From: Eledone cirrhosa | Taxonomy: Eukaryota | Direction of reading: 5' to 3' | Assembly: GCA_964016885.1 (NCBI GenBank) | Contig: OZ024758.1 | Location: 28,706,001-28,770,000, forward strand | DNA length: 64,000 nt | Shown here: positions 50,115 to 62,653 of the stretch, piece after piece | Layout: each line of letters opens with the position of its first letter | Position numbering within the stretch: the stretch's first letter is position 1 | Notes under the pieces: generated by a model | Told to the model about the DNA's origin: nothing | The model's database searches: none | What the model saw: the letters and a program-made list of their open reading frames with translations, nothing else | Made by a program: the position numbers and the translations under genes

Positions 50115-51690
50115 AGTGTTGGTAAAACTGAAAATGAAAGTAAACACTATTGAGTTGCAGGGTCTACAAAAGTTATATCAGTGAAACAGTCATACTTGAT
50201 ATGTAATAGGTGAGTATTCAATAGTAATAGGATGCTGAAATATTCAGTTAACCTTTTTAATAACAAACTGCTTGAGATTGCCACTGCATTTTAGGGTACA
50301 AAACTGCTGGTTTTAAAGTGTTACTTATACTAAAACATTCCATCATAATTATATAAAAGAATTTTTTGTTACAATCCCCCCCCCCCCTCAGATTCGTCGT
50401 TATCAACCATAACCTCATCAATGTCAACCTCAAATTCAACATCATCATCATCATTCTCAATCTTGTTTTTATTAGCCTCAGTTACCATCATTGTCAACTA
50501 AAATTGCATCATTACTGTACAATGGATAGGCATTGAACACCATGCTTTGCAGCATGGAGTTACGGCCTTTTATGATCTTAATTCAAATTCCGCTGAGGTT
50601 ACTTTGCCTTTCATCCTTACGGGGTCAATAAAATAAAGTACCAGTCATGCACTGGGTGCCATTTAATCTTCTTTCTCCCCCCATACTTGTTGCAGAATTA
50701 TGAAAGAAAGTAAATATTTTATAGTTTTGCAAAGGATTACAAGTTTTGTATAAATAAAATTGCTGTACACTACGTTACTGTAAATATATATTTTGTAAAG
50801 TGATTGTGTAGGTTGTCACAACAAAAATTACCCAGCACTCACTGTAAATGTGGTGTTAGGAAGGGCATCCAGCTGTAGAAATCTAGCCAGAAACAGTTCC
50901 ATATGAGCAAGACATGGTCACATGACCCAACTTGCTTCAAATGGGACAACCTGTCTAACCCATGCTAGCGTGGAAAATGGACATTAAACGATGATATTTT
51001 TGTAAAACTACAGGCTATATGCAATACAACAAAGATGAAAGTGAGTAACCTCAGTTTAACCTTTTATTTATTTATTCATATTTCTTAACTCTCAACATAT
51101 TCCTTTAAAAAAATTCAGCATAATCATTAAGCAAAGTCAGCTCGGTGTTTGTCTATGTAGTTACATATTCTGTAATTATGCGAAAATCATAAGCAGAGGT
51201 TGATTATATGTCTTATAGATGAATGTTCTTTAACCCCAGGTTAACTTTGAACCAGCAGGCATGATCAAATAGGTTGCTGCTCTAGATACATACTGTATCT
51301 AGAACTTTATTATCTAATGTATCCTTCCTATATTTATTTTTCAGATGATAAGATGTGATTTGAGGGAGATTTAGTTACTGCAGTTTGAGCTACCATATAG
51401 CAGCTCTTTTATTTGTGTTAGATAATTTTGTCATTTAGTTGACATACTTTAGTGTTTGTGAAAAAATTAGTGAATGTTTGTTTTGAAACAATGTTGCTAT
51501 TTCTCAATGAATCTTCACATAATTTGGCAGAGATCCAGATGACAGAGTAATCCATGAACAAAGTACTCCAACCCTGACTACCCCTTATGAGATGAATAAG
51601 AGAGACTTCAACAAAAGGGATGGAATAACAACTGGAAGTTCTTATGGAGTAAGAGTTGGGCATTTGAGGAGAAGTTTTCTAAAACTGAAC

Positions 51691-52601
51691 CATCATCATC
51701 ATCATCACCGTTTTACGTCCGTTCTTCCACGCTAGCATGGGTTAGACGTGTTGTCCTGTTGTGGGCAGTGTCCGGTCGGCTGACCTTGTCTTGCTCATAC
51801 GGGAACTGATTCTGGCTTGATTTCTACAGCTGGATGCCCTTCCTAACACCAACCTCATTTACAGTGAGTGCTGGTTGCTTTTTTGCCGTGGCACCTCCAC
51901 GACCACTTTACAGTGTGGGCTGGGTGCTTTCTTGCCGTGGCACCTCCACGACCACTTTACAGTGTGGGCTGGGTGCTTTCTTGCCGTGGCACCTCCACAA
52001 CCACTTTACAGTGAGTGCTGGGTGCTTTCTTGCTGTGGCACCTCCACGACCACTTTACAGTGTGGGCTGGGTGCTTTTTTGCCGTGGCACCTCCACGACC
52101 ACTTTACAGTGTGGGCTGGGTGCTTTCTTGCCGTGGCACCTCCACGACCACTTTACAGTGTGGGCTGGGTGCTTTTTTGCCGTGGCACCTCCACGACCGC
52201 CTTACAGTGTGGGCTGGGTGCTTTTTTGCCGTGGCACCTCCACGACCACTTTACAGTGAGTGCTGGGTGCTTTTTTGCCGTTGCACCTCCACGACCACTT
52301 TACAGTGTGGGCTGGGTGCTTTTTTGCCGTGGCACCTCCACGACCACTTTACAGTGTGGGTTGGGTGCTTTTTTGCCGTTGCACCTCCACGACCACTTTA
52401 CAGTGTGGGCTGGGTGCTTTCTTGCCGTGGCACCTCCACGACCACTTTACAGTGAGTGCTGGTTGCTTTTTTGCCGTGGCACCTCCACGGCCACTTTACA
52501 GTGAGTGCTGGTTGCTTTTTTGCCGTGGCACCTCCACGGCCACTGTACAGTGTGGGCTGGGTGCTTTTTTGCCATGGCACCTCTACGACCACTTTACAGT
52601 G
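51691..52601 (-). mobile_element. Same retroposon with its 5' 49-bp unit expanded into a minisatellite
   Basis: Tail at 51691-51857 followed directly by the array. Confidence 0.8.
51858..52601. repeat. Tandem array, 15 x 49 bp (TTACAGTG[T/A]G[G/T]GCTGGGTGCTTT[T/C]TTGCCGTGGCACCTCCACGACCACT)
   Basis: Period 49 read off at 51862, 51911, 51960; 51862 to 52597 is exactly 15 periods. Confidence 0.95.
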
Positions 52602-53077
52602 GGAGGGTGTGGGGGCATTTAATCTCTCTCACTTCTTCACACACACATACACACTCGTGCATACAATTTTTCTCATTCATCTCCATGTTTGTGTGTATAA
52701 ATTAATGTTTATGCATGTTTGTGTGTATGTAGATGTGAATATGAATTCATATTTATGCATTTCATATTTGTATGTGCAGATATTGATTCATATATATGTA
52801 TCATTGCACGCTTTTATCTGAGTGTGTGTGTGTGTACTTTTGATCCAGTCTCGCTTTGTGGGATACATGTAATTGTGTAGATATGTACATTTAAAAGTCT
52901 ATGAATTTATATTTACACATAAGACTTTCTGTGTGTGTGTGTGTGTTTAGTCTATATATATATATTTTAAAAAAATGTGGAGAGGAAGCAAGAGAGAAGG
53001 AAAAAATATATTTTTCTTCCTAATAATCGTCTCTTTCTCCCTGTTTTCATATATATATATATATATAAATAGACTAA

Positions 53078-53354
53078 AGTCTGTCTCAAGCCCGGAGGCT
53101 CATCAGGCCAATGCTTATCCTGGTTTCCATGGTGTGAAGTGACCGAGAGTATAAGACTTCCCCCTGGACGTGACACCAATCCATCACAGGGTTAAACTCC
53201 CAGCTATTGTTGGTACTCATTTTCAACTGACTATACTGGGGCAACGTGACATGAAGTGTTTTGCTCAAGAACACAACACAACCCAGGCCAGGAATGAAAG
53301 CCATGACATTATTATGCTAAGTCCAACACCCTTACCACCAGGCCATGTGCCTCC
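53078..53354 (-). mobile_element. tRNA/CORE-like SINE with CCTGTGATGGA..GTCCAGGGG tail
   Basis: GGAGGCACATGG head, TTCTTGAGCAAAACACTT core. Confidence 0.7.
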
Positions 53355-53530
53355 ACTTGTGTATATATATGCAGATCACTAATTGTAGGCCAGTGTATAT
53401 ATGAGGCCTAGTTTGTTATTTAATTGATGTGTATATAAAGAACTTCATAAAAACTATCTTTAATTCATTAAGTTAAATATAAATAGATAAAAGTTCTACA
53501 TATTCAGCACCCAGGGCAAAACTGAGTAAC

Positions 53531-54273
53531 ACAGTGGTACTGACATACACACACACACACATTAACAGTGGTACTGACATACACACACACATTAACAGTA
53601 GCACTGACATACACACACACACACATTAACAGTAGCACTGACATACACACACACATTAACAGTAGCACTGACATACACACACACACACATTAACAGTAGC
53701 ACTGACATACACACACACATTAACAGTAGCACTGACATACACACACACACACATTAACAGTGGTACTGACATACACACAAACACATTAACAGTGGTACTG
53801 ACACACACACACATTAACAGTGGTACTGACATACACACAAACAAATGTTAGTGTGTGTCTAAGTACTACTGTTAGTGTGTTTAAGTACCACTGTTAGTGT
53901 GTATGTGTGTGTGTCTGATTGCCACTGTTTATGTATGTGTGTATGTCAGTGTTACTGTTAATGTGTGTGTTTGTGTATATAAGAGTACCACTGTTAATGT
54001 GTGTGTGTGTGTCAGTGCTACTGTTAATGTGTATGTCAGTGCCACTGTTAATGTGTGTGTATGTCAGTACCACTTAATGTGTGTGTCAGTACCACTGTTA
54101 ATGTGTGTGTATGTCAGTACCACTTAATGTGTGTGTGTGTGTGTCAGTACCACTGTTAATGAGTGTGTGTGTATGTCAGTACCACTGTTAATGTGTGTGT
54201 GTCAGTACCACTGTTAATGTGTGTGTGTGTGTGTGTCAGTACCACTGTTAATGTGTGTGTGTGTGTGTGTCAG
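53531..54273. repeat. Inverted (fold-back) minisatellite: (AC)n-ATTAACAGT[GA]G[TC]ACTGACAT units, then their reverse complement
   Basis: About 10 units at 53531-53843, then about 12 reverse-complement units at 53846-54273. Confidence 0.9.
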
Positions 54274-54425
54274 ATGTAGAAACTAAACCTACCAACCTTC
54301 ATCTAGTTACTCTCATATAAGACATTTCTATTGGTTGATTCAGGAACTATTTTGAAAGTCGGTTTTTGAATGAATTACTATACATTTGTGGCATATATTA
54401 CATAGTAACCAAATTACACACAGAC

Positions 54426-54626
54426 ATATATATATATATATATATAGGTGTGTGAGTGTATTTATGAATATATATGTATGTATAAATGTCTATATTATTA
54501 TAAATATATATGTGTGTGTGTGTATGTATAAATATATGTATGGGTATATATATGTATGTATAAATGTATATAGTATTATAAATATATATATATATGTGTG
54601 TGTGTATGTATAAATATATGTATGGG

Positions 54627-54659
<33 letters not shown>

Positions 54660-54690
54660 AAATATAGAGAGAGAGAGATATATTATATAC
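54426..54690. repeat. TA/TG/GA compound microsatellite with a higher-order duplication
   Basis: Visible dinucleotide runs. Confidence 0.85.
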
Positions 54691-55331
54691 AGTTTTATAG
54701 TGAAATAGCTAGTAGGGAAAACGGACGTTAAATGATGATGGTGATGATGATGTTGAAATAAAATTAACTGAATAAAATAGTTAAGTTATCGGACTATTAA
54801 TACAAAGGTCAAAGCTTCTGCTAAAATTGTATTATACTCTTCGAAATAGCTTCCACACCACGGCTGCAAAGTTGACATTAAGAATAGCATCATCATCATC
54901 TAACAATGAAATACATCAGCAATCTATACTCCATCAGCTGATACAAATAATTGATTTTGTTGAATCATCAGAAATATACTTTCTCCCCATAATACTTGGA
55001 AGAATATCTATAAAACAAAATAATAGAGAAGATTATATATTCATATTTATGGTTGTTGCATTTTTTTATGAATGTTAGTCAATATTTTATAAGATCATTT
55101 GAACATTTTCCAGAATCTTCTGATATCCATTTTTTTTTTTTTTTTTTTTAATGCAAATATAGGTGGGGTTGTTTGTGGAAAGTTGGGCGTTGGCTTAATG
55201 TTGGAACATGTATTATTTTCTGCTGGGGTTTTTTTTCCCATTTAGAACTCAACTTTGAATCATAATTACCAGCATAGTAATTTAACTCGCAAAAATTCTC
55301 AACATTATGGATGTAGTAAGAATTGAACTTG

Positions 55332-55830
55332 TTATAGCTTGCAGCTATGTAGGTTTAGTTGGCCTCCTACGAGGTTGCACCTCATAGGAAGTTTCTTGGG
55401 TGTTTTAATGATAGGGTCCCCAGTTCTATCATTTTGTTACAGCTCACATCTATACTTGTTTAGTTAGCCTCTTACAAGGTTGCATCCCATTAAAGCTTTC
55501 TTGGATGTTTTAATGAGAAGGAACTTCAGTTTTATCATGTTACAGCCTACATCTATGTAGGTTTAGCTGGTTTCCTATCAGGTTGCATCCCATAGGAGAT
55601 TTGTCAGGTGTTTTAACCCTTTAGCATTCACATTACTCTATTGTATTTTGGTAGTAAACACTTTATCTCACATAATATCGAATCTATGAGATTTTGATGT
55701 TATTTATCTTGAGAATAATACCTTAACATCAGTATGAGTGGCCAATTACAGCTGATTTGAACAGAAAGGGGTGAGACATTTCTGGCCGGTTTGAATGCTA
55801 AAGGGTAGAGTAGGGGCCTCAGTCTTATCA
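55332..55830 (-). repeat. Three diverged ~107-bp tandem units matching the 3' body of the SINE at 5967-6210
   Basis: GTAGGTTTAGCTGG..GGTTGCATCCCATAGG..TTTTAATGATAGGG repeated three times. Confidence 0.7.
55613..55808. mobile_element. MITE family A inserted in the third unit of a ~107-bp tandem repeat
   Basis: TIRs visible; flanks continue the tandem unit. Confidence 0.75.
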
Positions 55831-55996
55831 CAAAAGGCTTCCTCCTAAACCATACGCCAGTCTATTGCAAGGGTTGACACTCTAACCATTAAGCCATCTA
55901 TATCACCTGACCTATTGAACTTCTAGATCACACTCTTGTTTTTATAAACTGCTATAAACTGAATACATTACTGTGTGATTTCTAAATGTTTTAGAG

Positions 55997-56427
55997 CAAT
56001 GGTTCCCAACCTTTTCAGTACAAGGACCCTTAAGCATTTAAACCAGCTGTATCCGGCCAGAATTCTTTCACCTCTTTCTGCTCAAGCTGGCCATAACTGG
56101 CAACTCGTATTGTTCTCAAAATAAATATCAAAATCTCATAGATTTGATATTATGTGAGATAAAGCCTTTACCACAAAAATAAAATAGTATATATAGAGTA
56201 ATGTAAATGATAAAGGGTTAGATGAGTTTTCCCATAGAATCCTCACTTCAATTATCCCTTCCCATCTTAGATTGTAATATGGGGGAAATAATTGGAAGAG
56301 AGTTATGATGTTTATACTTAGAGAAGAATTGATACCTAATAACATGTGCATATTATGTTTTTAACAATTTTAACTCACAAACCTCCAGTACTTCATTTGC
56401 AGAACTCTCATTGAGAACCTCTCTCTG
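55997..56427. mobile_element. hAT-type MITE carrying a nested family-A MITE (~56025-56221)
   Basis: CAATGGTTCCCAAC terminus; 8-bp TSD TTTTAGAG / TTTTAGAC. Confidence 0.6.
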
Positions 56428-57271
56428 TTTTAGACGATATTGGTTTATAGTGATTCCTGTTAAAATAAGATTATGAAGTATTTTGAGGACATTAGCATGA
56501 ATCTTTTTGTTCATGATTTTCATTTTTTTCTCTCATATTAATGTCCTGCACCACATGAAACCGCATTAGCAAGACATTCTTGAAAATAAAAAAAAAGGGC
56601 ACTGACTGCTTCACGTGAAAAATCAAAGCATTTACCTTAATACTACAAATTTTCACAACAATCTGTCTACTAGTAAAGATATTATAAACACTTGAATTGA
56701 CAAACCTGTTTTAGATATTTTCTGTTAAATCATTGTAGGATGTTTAAGAATTAAACTGTTCTTATATTATATATCAATGCAGGATCAAGAGAAATATAAA
56801 TACTTTCTATTTATAGGCTTGCCAGTCAGGTAAGTATAGAAAAAGTTAAATACATACATCTTCATTAATATTATTCAAAATAGTCTATCATATTAAATTG
56901 TGAGAAATATATTCATAGATAAAAAAAGTTTGTCAGCTCTGGGTCATATGTCTATTATGCCTACTATATAACTCACTTTGATATACACACCTAGATATAG
57001 AAGAGTATCTATCTTGTTGAATATAGAGCAATATCTATCTTGTTGATGAAAAGATTTGGAGACTTTGTAAGGAGTTGAAAATAAGGTGTTCCATCTTAGC
57101 TGAGATTAAATATTTAGATAGGCAGTGGGGAGCTTACTTTAATTTTGGCATATACAATATATAAATTTTAAAGATAACTAGCTTAAGTATTAAGCACTTT
57201 CCTTGTTTATCATTGGAGTTGATAGCATCAACATGACAGATTTTTGTTGTTGATTTCTTAATATTTATCAT

Positions 57272-57572
57272 GGAGGCACATGGCTTAGTGGTTAGAGCAT
57301 TGGCCTTGCAATCGAAAGGTTTCCTTGAGCAAGATACTTTATTTCCCATTGCTCCAGTTTACTCAGCTGTAGAAATAAGATGATAGGGACTGGGGTCCCT
57401 ATTATTCCACTGCAAAGTGGTCATGGAGGTGCCACGGCAAAAAAGCACCCAGCACTCACTGTAAATGAGGTTGGTGTAAGGAAGGGCATCCAGCTGTAGA
57501 AATCAAGCCAGAATCAGTTCCTGTCCCACCCTTGCAAGCAGGGAAAAGCAGACATAAAATGATGATGATGAT
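57272..57572 (+). mobile_element. Same SINE family, B-box region deleted
   Basis: Near-identical to 62654-63000 apart from the internal deletion. Confidence 0.82.
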
Positions 57573-57660
57573 TATCAGCAAAAGGGTGGTGGATTGGTAG
57601 AGCATTGGATAAAATGCCATCATAATATTTGTTCTGGCTCTTTACATACTGAGTTCAAAT

Positions 57661-57965
57661 TCTTCTTCTTTTCCCACTTATTCCTAAGAGGGGCGTTGGA
57701 GCAGAGTCCTTAAACACTCCTTCCAGCGTATCCTGTCAGAAACAACCATCTCCGGCTGGATCCCCAAGCGTGACCAACCAAACTCATGGATGTTACCTAA
57801 CCATCTTGCTCTGGGTCTCCTACCATTTGGTTTTACCCATACAATCTGTCCAGTGATTCTTTCCTGAGACATGCCCATAGTATGAGAGCTCTGATCTTCG
57901 AGCTATGCACTTTATCAGGTAACGTTACTCCAAAGACTCTTTAGAGGAATCCCATTTTGGCCACT
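57661..57965 (-). mobile_element. RTE-clade LINE 3' fragment
   Basis: GMSQERITGQIVWVKPNGRRPRARWLGNI; (GAA)n tail. Confidence 0.82.
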
Positions 57966-58383
57966 TGAGTTCAACTTGATTGGGTAAAATTTGTTTTGAA
58001 CAGAGTTTGAAGATGGAAGACAATAGAGCTAGCTCTGAGGAACAGTAGTCATTGTAGTAGTAGTGGCATGACATGACATAGTCCTGGAACTCCTGAGGGA
58101 GTCAGAGGAGTGCTGTATTGATATATGGCGTTTCTTGGGCATATAAACTAGATGGAGCAGATAGGTAAACAAAATTAGAATTTCAGTAATTCAACACTTT
58201 GTAAGAAAAGTGGTTAGCTGCCTTTCCTAATGCCAGCCACTTTATGGTGTACACCCATGTTTATTTTATCGTGGTACCACTACTACCACCAATCTAATAT
58301 TTACAGAATAATAATTAGAATTTCTGCAACTGTAAATCATTTCTATCCAAATATCATGTATCTTTAAAATTGGTATCCTGTCT

Positions 58384-58599
58384 TTAACTCTTTAGCATTT
58401 AAACCAGCCATATCCGGCCAGAATTCTCTCACCTCTTTCTGTTCAAACCACCCGTAACCAGCTGCTCATACTTAATTTAAGGTATTCTCAAAAATAATAA
58501 TATCAAAATCTCATAGATTCAATCTTATGTGAGGTAAAGCCTTTACCATGAAAATACAATAGTAAATATAATAGAGTAATGCGAATGCTAAAGGGATAA
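58384..58599. mobile_element. MITE family A
   Basis: Both TIRs present. Confidence 0.8.
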
Positions 58600-58764
58600 A
58601 AGATAGGATACCAACTCAATACACCATTTTCTCTCTAAACTAATAAAGTATGTTTGCTCAATATAATAACAATAACAGCTAAATATGTCTCAAATCACAC
58701 CTTACTGTTTTAAAAAAGGAAGAATACATTGGATAATGTAGCCCTAAATATATTTTGCTTGAAA

Positions 58765-59325
58765 AATAGATGGCATAGGCACACTTGGAAAATCCCTGAT
58801 CATAGGTTTGCTGGATTAGGGTTTATCTGGGACGAAGGAACTGCAATAGATAGCATAGGCACACTTGGAAGATCCTTGATCATAGGTTTGCTGGATTAGG
58901 GTTTACCTGGGATGAAGGAACTGCAATAGATGGCATAGGCACACTTGGAAGATCCTTGATCATAGGTTTGCTGGATTAGGGTTTACCTGGGATGAAGGAA
59001 CTGCAATAGATGGCATAGGCACACTTGGAAGATCCTTGATCATAGGTTTGCTGGATTAGGTTTACCTGGGATGAAGGAACTGCAATAGATGGCATAGGCA
59101 CACTTGGAAGATCCCTGATCATAGATTTGCTGGATTAGGGTTTACCTGGGACGAAGGAACTGCAATAGATGGCATAGGCACACTTGGAAGATCCTTGATC
59201 ATAGGTTTGCTGGATTAGGTTTACCTGGGGTGAAGGAACTGCAATAGATGGCATAGGCTCACTTGGAAGATCCCTGATCATAGGTTTGCTGGATTAGGTT
59301 TTACCTGAGATGAAAGAACTACAAT
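58765..59325. repeat. Tandem array, 7 x 79-80 bp (AATAGATGGCATAGGCACACTTGGAAGATCC..GAAGGAACTGC)
   Basis: Period read off at 58841, 58921, 59001, 59080, 59160, 59239. Confidence 0.95.
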
Positions 59326-60148
59326 TATTTTTTCCAATACTAACATCTTAACACTGTTCTTTCACCAACTTACTGTCCCACTTAGGTTTATTATTCAAAT
59401 CCCCCACCATTATTTACTACAAATATAGCAGCTTCCTTACCTGATGTAACATCTGTATCTTATAATAAAAGTTACATAAGCTGATAAACAAGAACATCTA
59501 CTTCCTTAGAGAAAACAGTTGAGAAGTTTTACTTTTAGGAGTCATATTCAAATATAAACAACTGAAACAACCCTCCAGCTGACTTCACTCTATCTCTTGC
59601 AAGCCTGGTAAACACTCAACATTTTCAGTTTCTTACAAAGGATATAGTTGAGATATTGCAGTTTACAAATAGTACGACTAACATTTGCAAGCCAATATAC
59701 ATTTCAAAATATACTGCATGCATTTTTCTGTCATCACTATTAAGAATTTTTTTTAGTAAGTTTGTAGCTACATTGCTATGGAATATGGTAAGAAAAGGGA
59801 AGTGTCTGAGACTAGCTTTTACCTCCTATGTTAAAGGATAAGTTTTTAACCCTTTCATTACTATATTTCTAATGAAATACACTACCTATGTGTTTCAGTG
59901 AATTTTGAAAATAATCAAACATTTTTCATTGATAAACCAATATTTAGAAATTTACTTTTTAAAAAATTCTAAAATAAAATTATGATGTAAGGTGTTAATA
60001 TAATTGAGGAATTTTATATCATAAATCCAGGTCAGTTTAGGCAGGTTGATTACAAAGAGGTTAAAGCTTGTCTTTAGAAGTGATAATGATGGTAGGAGTC
60101 TGAAAAGCAAGCCTATTGGTTTACAGAATTCATGCTTAACTTATTATA

Positions 60149-60582
60149 TTAACTCTTAACATTTTGTACCACATGAAACCACAATAGCAATATATTCTTG
60201 AAAAGTATGATAGCAGCTCTATTATTACATCACATAGAATATTCTTTACTCTAATACTGCAAATTACGTGGTCTGTCCACTAGTAAAGATACTATAAACA
60301 TTTTAATCTTTTCATGACCGTATTTCTAATTAAATAATTACACTCTATTTTAATTAATTAATGAAGAATTTTGAGGGATTTACTAAAGTTATTAATTATT
60401 TCATTACTAAGATAGTAACTTAATGTAAGGTTCTTATATAAAATTATGTTGGAAGATTTTAATTTAAATTGGAACCCTTTAAAATGGGTGGTTTTGGCCT
60501 GGTTGGTAACTAAAGGGTTAATCAACAAAGCCATTTAAAAAATATTTTCTACTAGATCATTACAAAACCATTTAGGAGTTAA
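60149..60582. mobile_element. MITE family C interrupted by MITE family B (60303-60521)
   Basis: The C body (CCACATGAAAC..ATAAACA) resumes after a TTAA-bounded B copy. Confidence 0.65.
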
Positions 60583-60900
60583 ACAACTAAGAAATACATG
60601 ATTTTGGTCGATTGCAGCTAACTTTGCCACTGAAGAAACTCGGTAAATCAAACCAATGAAATAGTCACCAAATACTGCTCCAGTCCCTGGTGATGAATTT
60701 TACAACTTGCAATAATTTCTTGAAACAAGATGGTCTTCACATCATCATTGTCATTTTACGTCCGCTTTTCCCTGCTTGCAAGGGTTGGACAATCATAAGA
60801 AATATAGTAATGAAAGGATTAATTGAATAGATAGAAACTGTGTGGAAGTCTCTCAAATGGAATGTAACTAATCTGAAAGACCAGCCTTTTTACTGTCATC

Positions 60901-61113
60901 TTAACCCTTTAGCATTTATATTACTCTATATATACTATTGTATTTTCATGATAAACATTTTATTTCATATATCGAATCTATGAGATTTTGATATTATTTA
61001 TTTTGAGAACAATACCTTAATATCAGTATGAGTGGCCAGTTACGGCCATTTGGAAGAGAAAGAGATGAGAGAATTCTTGTGAGATATGGCTAGTTTAAAT
61101 GCTAAAGGGTTAA
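60901..61113. mobile_element. MITE family A
   Basis: Both TIRs with TTAA. Confidence 0.82.
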
Positions 61114-61620
61114 GGATTATGTTAAATGACATTAGAATACTCAACCAGTTACACTATAATTGAATGAATCAGGTTCCATTCATCCAATAATTAGAACCGC
61201 CATTTGTCAAAACTGACACAAGATCCATTCTTCTTCAGGACTAAAGACAAACTGGACTATTGTGTATAAGATTGAATTGTCAAATATTTGTAAATTCTTT
61301 CTCTTTTGGTTCCAGATCACTTGCTGCCATTTCACGTAACTCAAAACTCGCAGTGTCTTCATCCAAATGCTGTTCTGGTTCCTACAGTCTTAGCTTTTTT
61401 CCTCAAACTACCAGACATTGAAACTCTCTTCCATCTCATTCTTTTCCTCCTTCTTATCACCTGAACTCTTTCAAATCTAAAGTAAATCCATTCCTTTCAT
61501 CTTAATTTCTCCTTCTCAGTCCCTTACACTAAGGTGTCTTCATGTCTTGTTTGGGACTTTCAGAGATTAAAAAAAAAGTTCAAATCTACTCCAGGGATTT
61601 TGTTTTCACTACAGGAAAAA

Positions 61621-61981
61621 CAGGTCTTTGGAGTAACGTTACTCGATAAAGTGCTTAGCTCAGAGATCAGAGAGTCACTCCAGGTAGAGCTGCTACTTCT
61701 CCAAATTGAGAGATCACAGCTCCGATACTATGGACATGTGGTTAGAATGTCTCAGGAAAGAATCACTGGACAGATTTTACGGGTGAAACCAACCGGTAGG
61801 AAACCCAGGGGTAGACCCCCAAGTACAATGGTTGGATAACATCCATGAACTTGGCTGGTCACGCTTAGGGATCCAGCTGGATCAGTTGGAGACGGTTGCT
61901 TTTCATAGGACCAGCTGGAAGGAATGTTTGGTGACTCTGCCTTCACGAACCCCTCAGGAATAAGTGGGTGAAGAAGAAAAG
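61621..61981 (+). mobile_element. RTE-clade LINE 3' fragment
   Basis: [38 protein letters not shown]; GAAGAAG tail. Confidence 0.88.
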
Positions 61982-62114
61982 ACTTCAGGTAAAACACTTT
62001 ACTTTATGTCTCAGTTCTTCTAGCTTCTGGGAATTGACAGAGCTTTGAATAAAGTTTGCACTCCTATCTGTTTGACATGGCAGAAATTGTTGTTAAATAC
62101 CTGGCACTCCGTTG

Positions 62115-62413
62115 GTTATGATGATGAGTGTTCCAGTTGATGCAATCGATGGAACAGCCTGCTTGTGAAATTAACGTGCAAGTGGCTGAGCATTCCACAG
62201 ACATGTATAACTTTAATGTAGTTCTTGGGGAGATCCAGCATGACACAGAATTGGATAAGGCTGGCCATTCGACTACTTATTTTTGTCAGTTGAGTGGAGT
62301 GGATCAACCTGAAATAAAGTGTCTTGCCCAAGGACACAGCACGTTGTCAGTAAACGAACTCATGACCTTACAATAGTGAGTCGAATACCCTAACCACAAA
62401 GCCACATACCTTC
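62115..62413 (-). mobile_element. tRNA/CORE-like SINE with CCACTTGCACGTTAA-type body
   Basis: A-box-like head, GTCCTTGGGCAAGACACTT core, (CAT)n tail. Confidence 0.7.
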
Positions 62414-62653
62414 ACTTGTTAAATACCAACTTAATAGACAGCCAAGTATTTTTTGTGAATGAATTAACTGACTGCAGTGTTATTACCGCCATGACACATC
62501 TTCAAGAATGAAACTGCAGCAGAGTGAAATTCTTTAATGGTTCTTAAGTATTTGTTAATCTATTCAAATAACAGACATTGTCTTCCCTTGACTGTGGAAA
62601 TATATATAAGTATAACATGTATATATTTCCACAAATGATTTATTTACAATAAT

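Noticed and set aside
51858-52601. CRISPR-like appearance of the 49-bp array
   Set aside because: Units are contiguous with no unique spacers, there are no cas genes, the context is eukaryotic, and the unit is part of a dispersed retroposon.
51834-52821. Long overlapping ORFs (up to 209 aa) in all three + frames
   Set aside because: Artefact of a 49-bp period cycling through frames; no splice context or domain.
53090-53130. Minus-strand GAAAC...CTGATGAG resembling a type-II hammerhead
   Set aside because: Stems I and III do not pair, and the sequence is a SINE tail.
58765-59325. CRISPR-like appearance of the 80-bp array
   Set aside because: The whole unit repeats, with no variable spacers.
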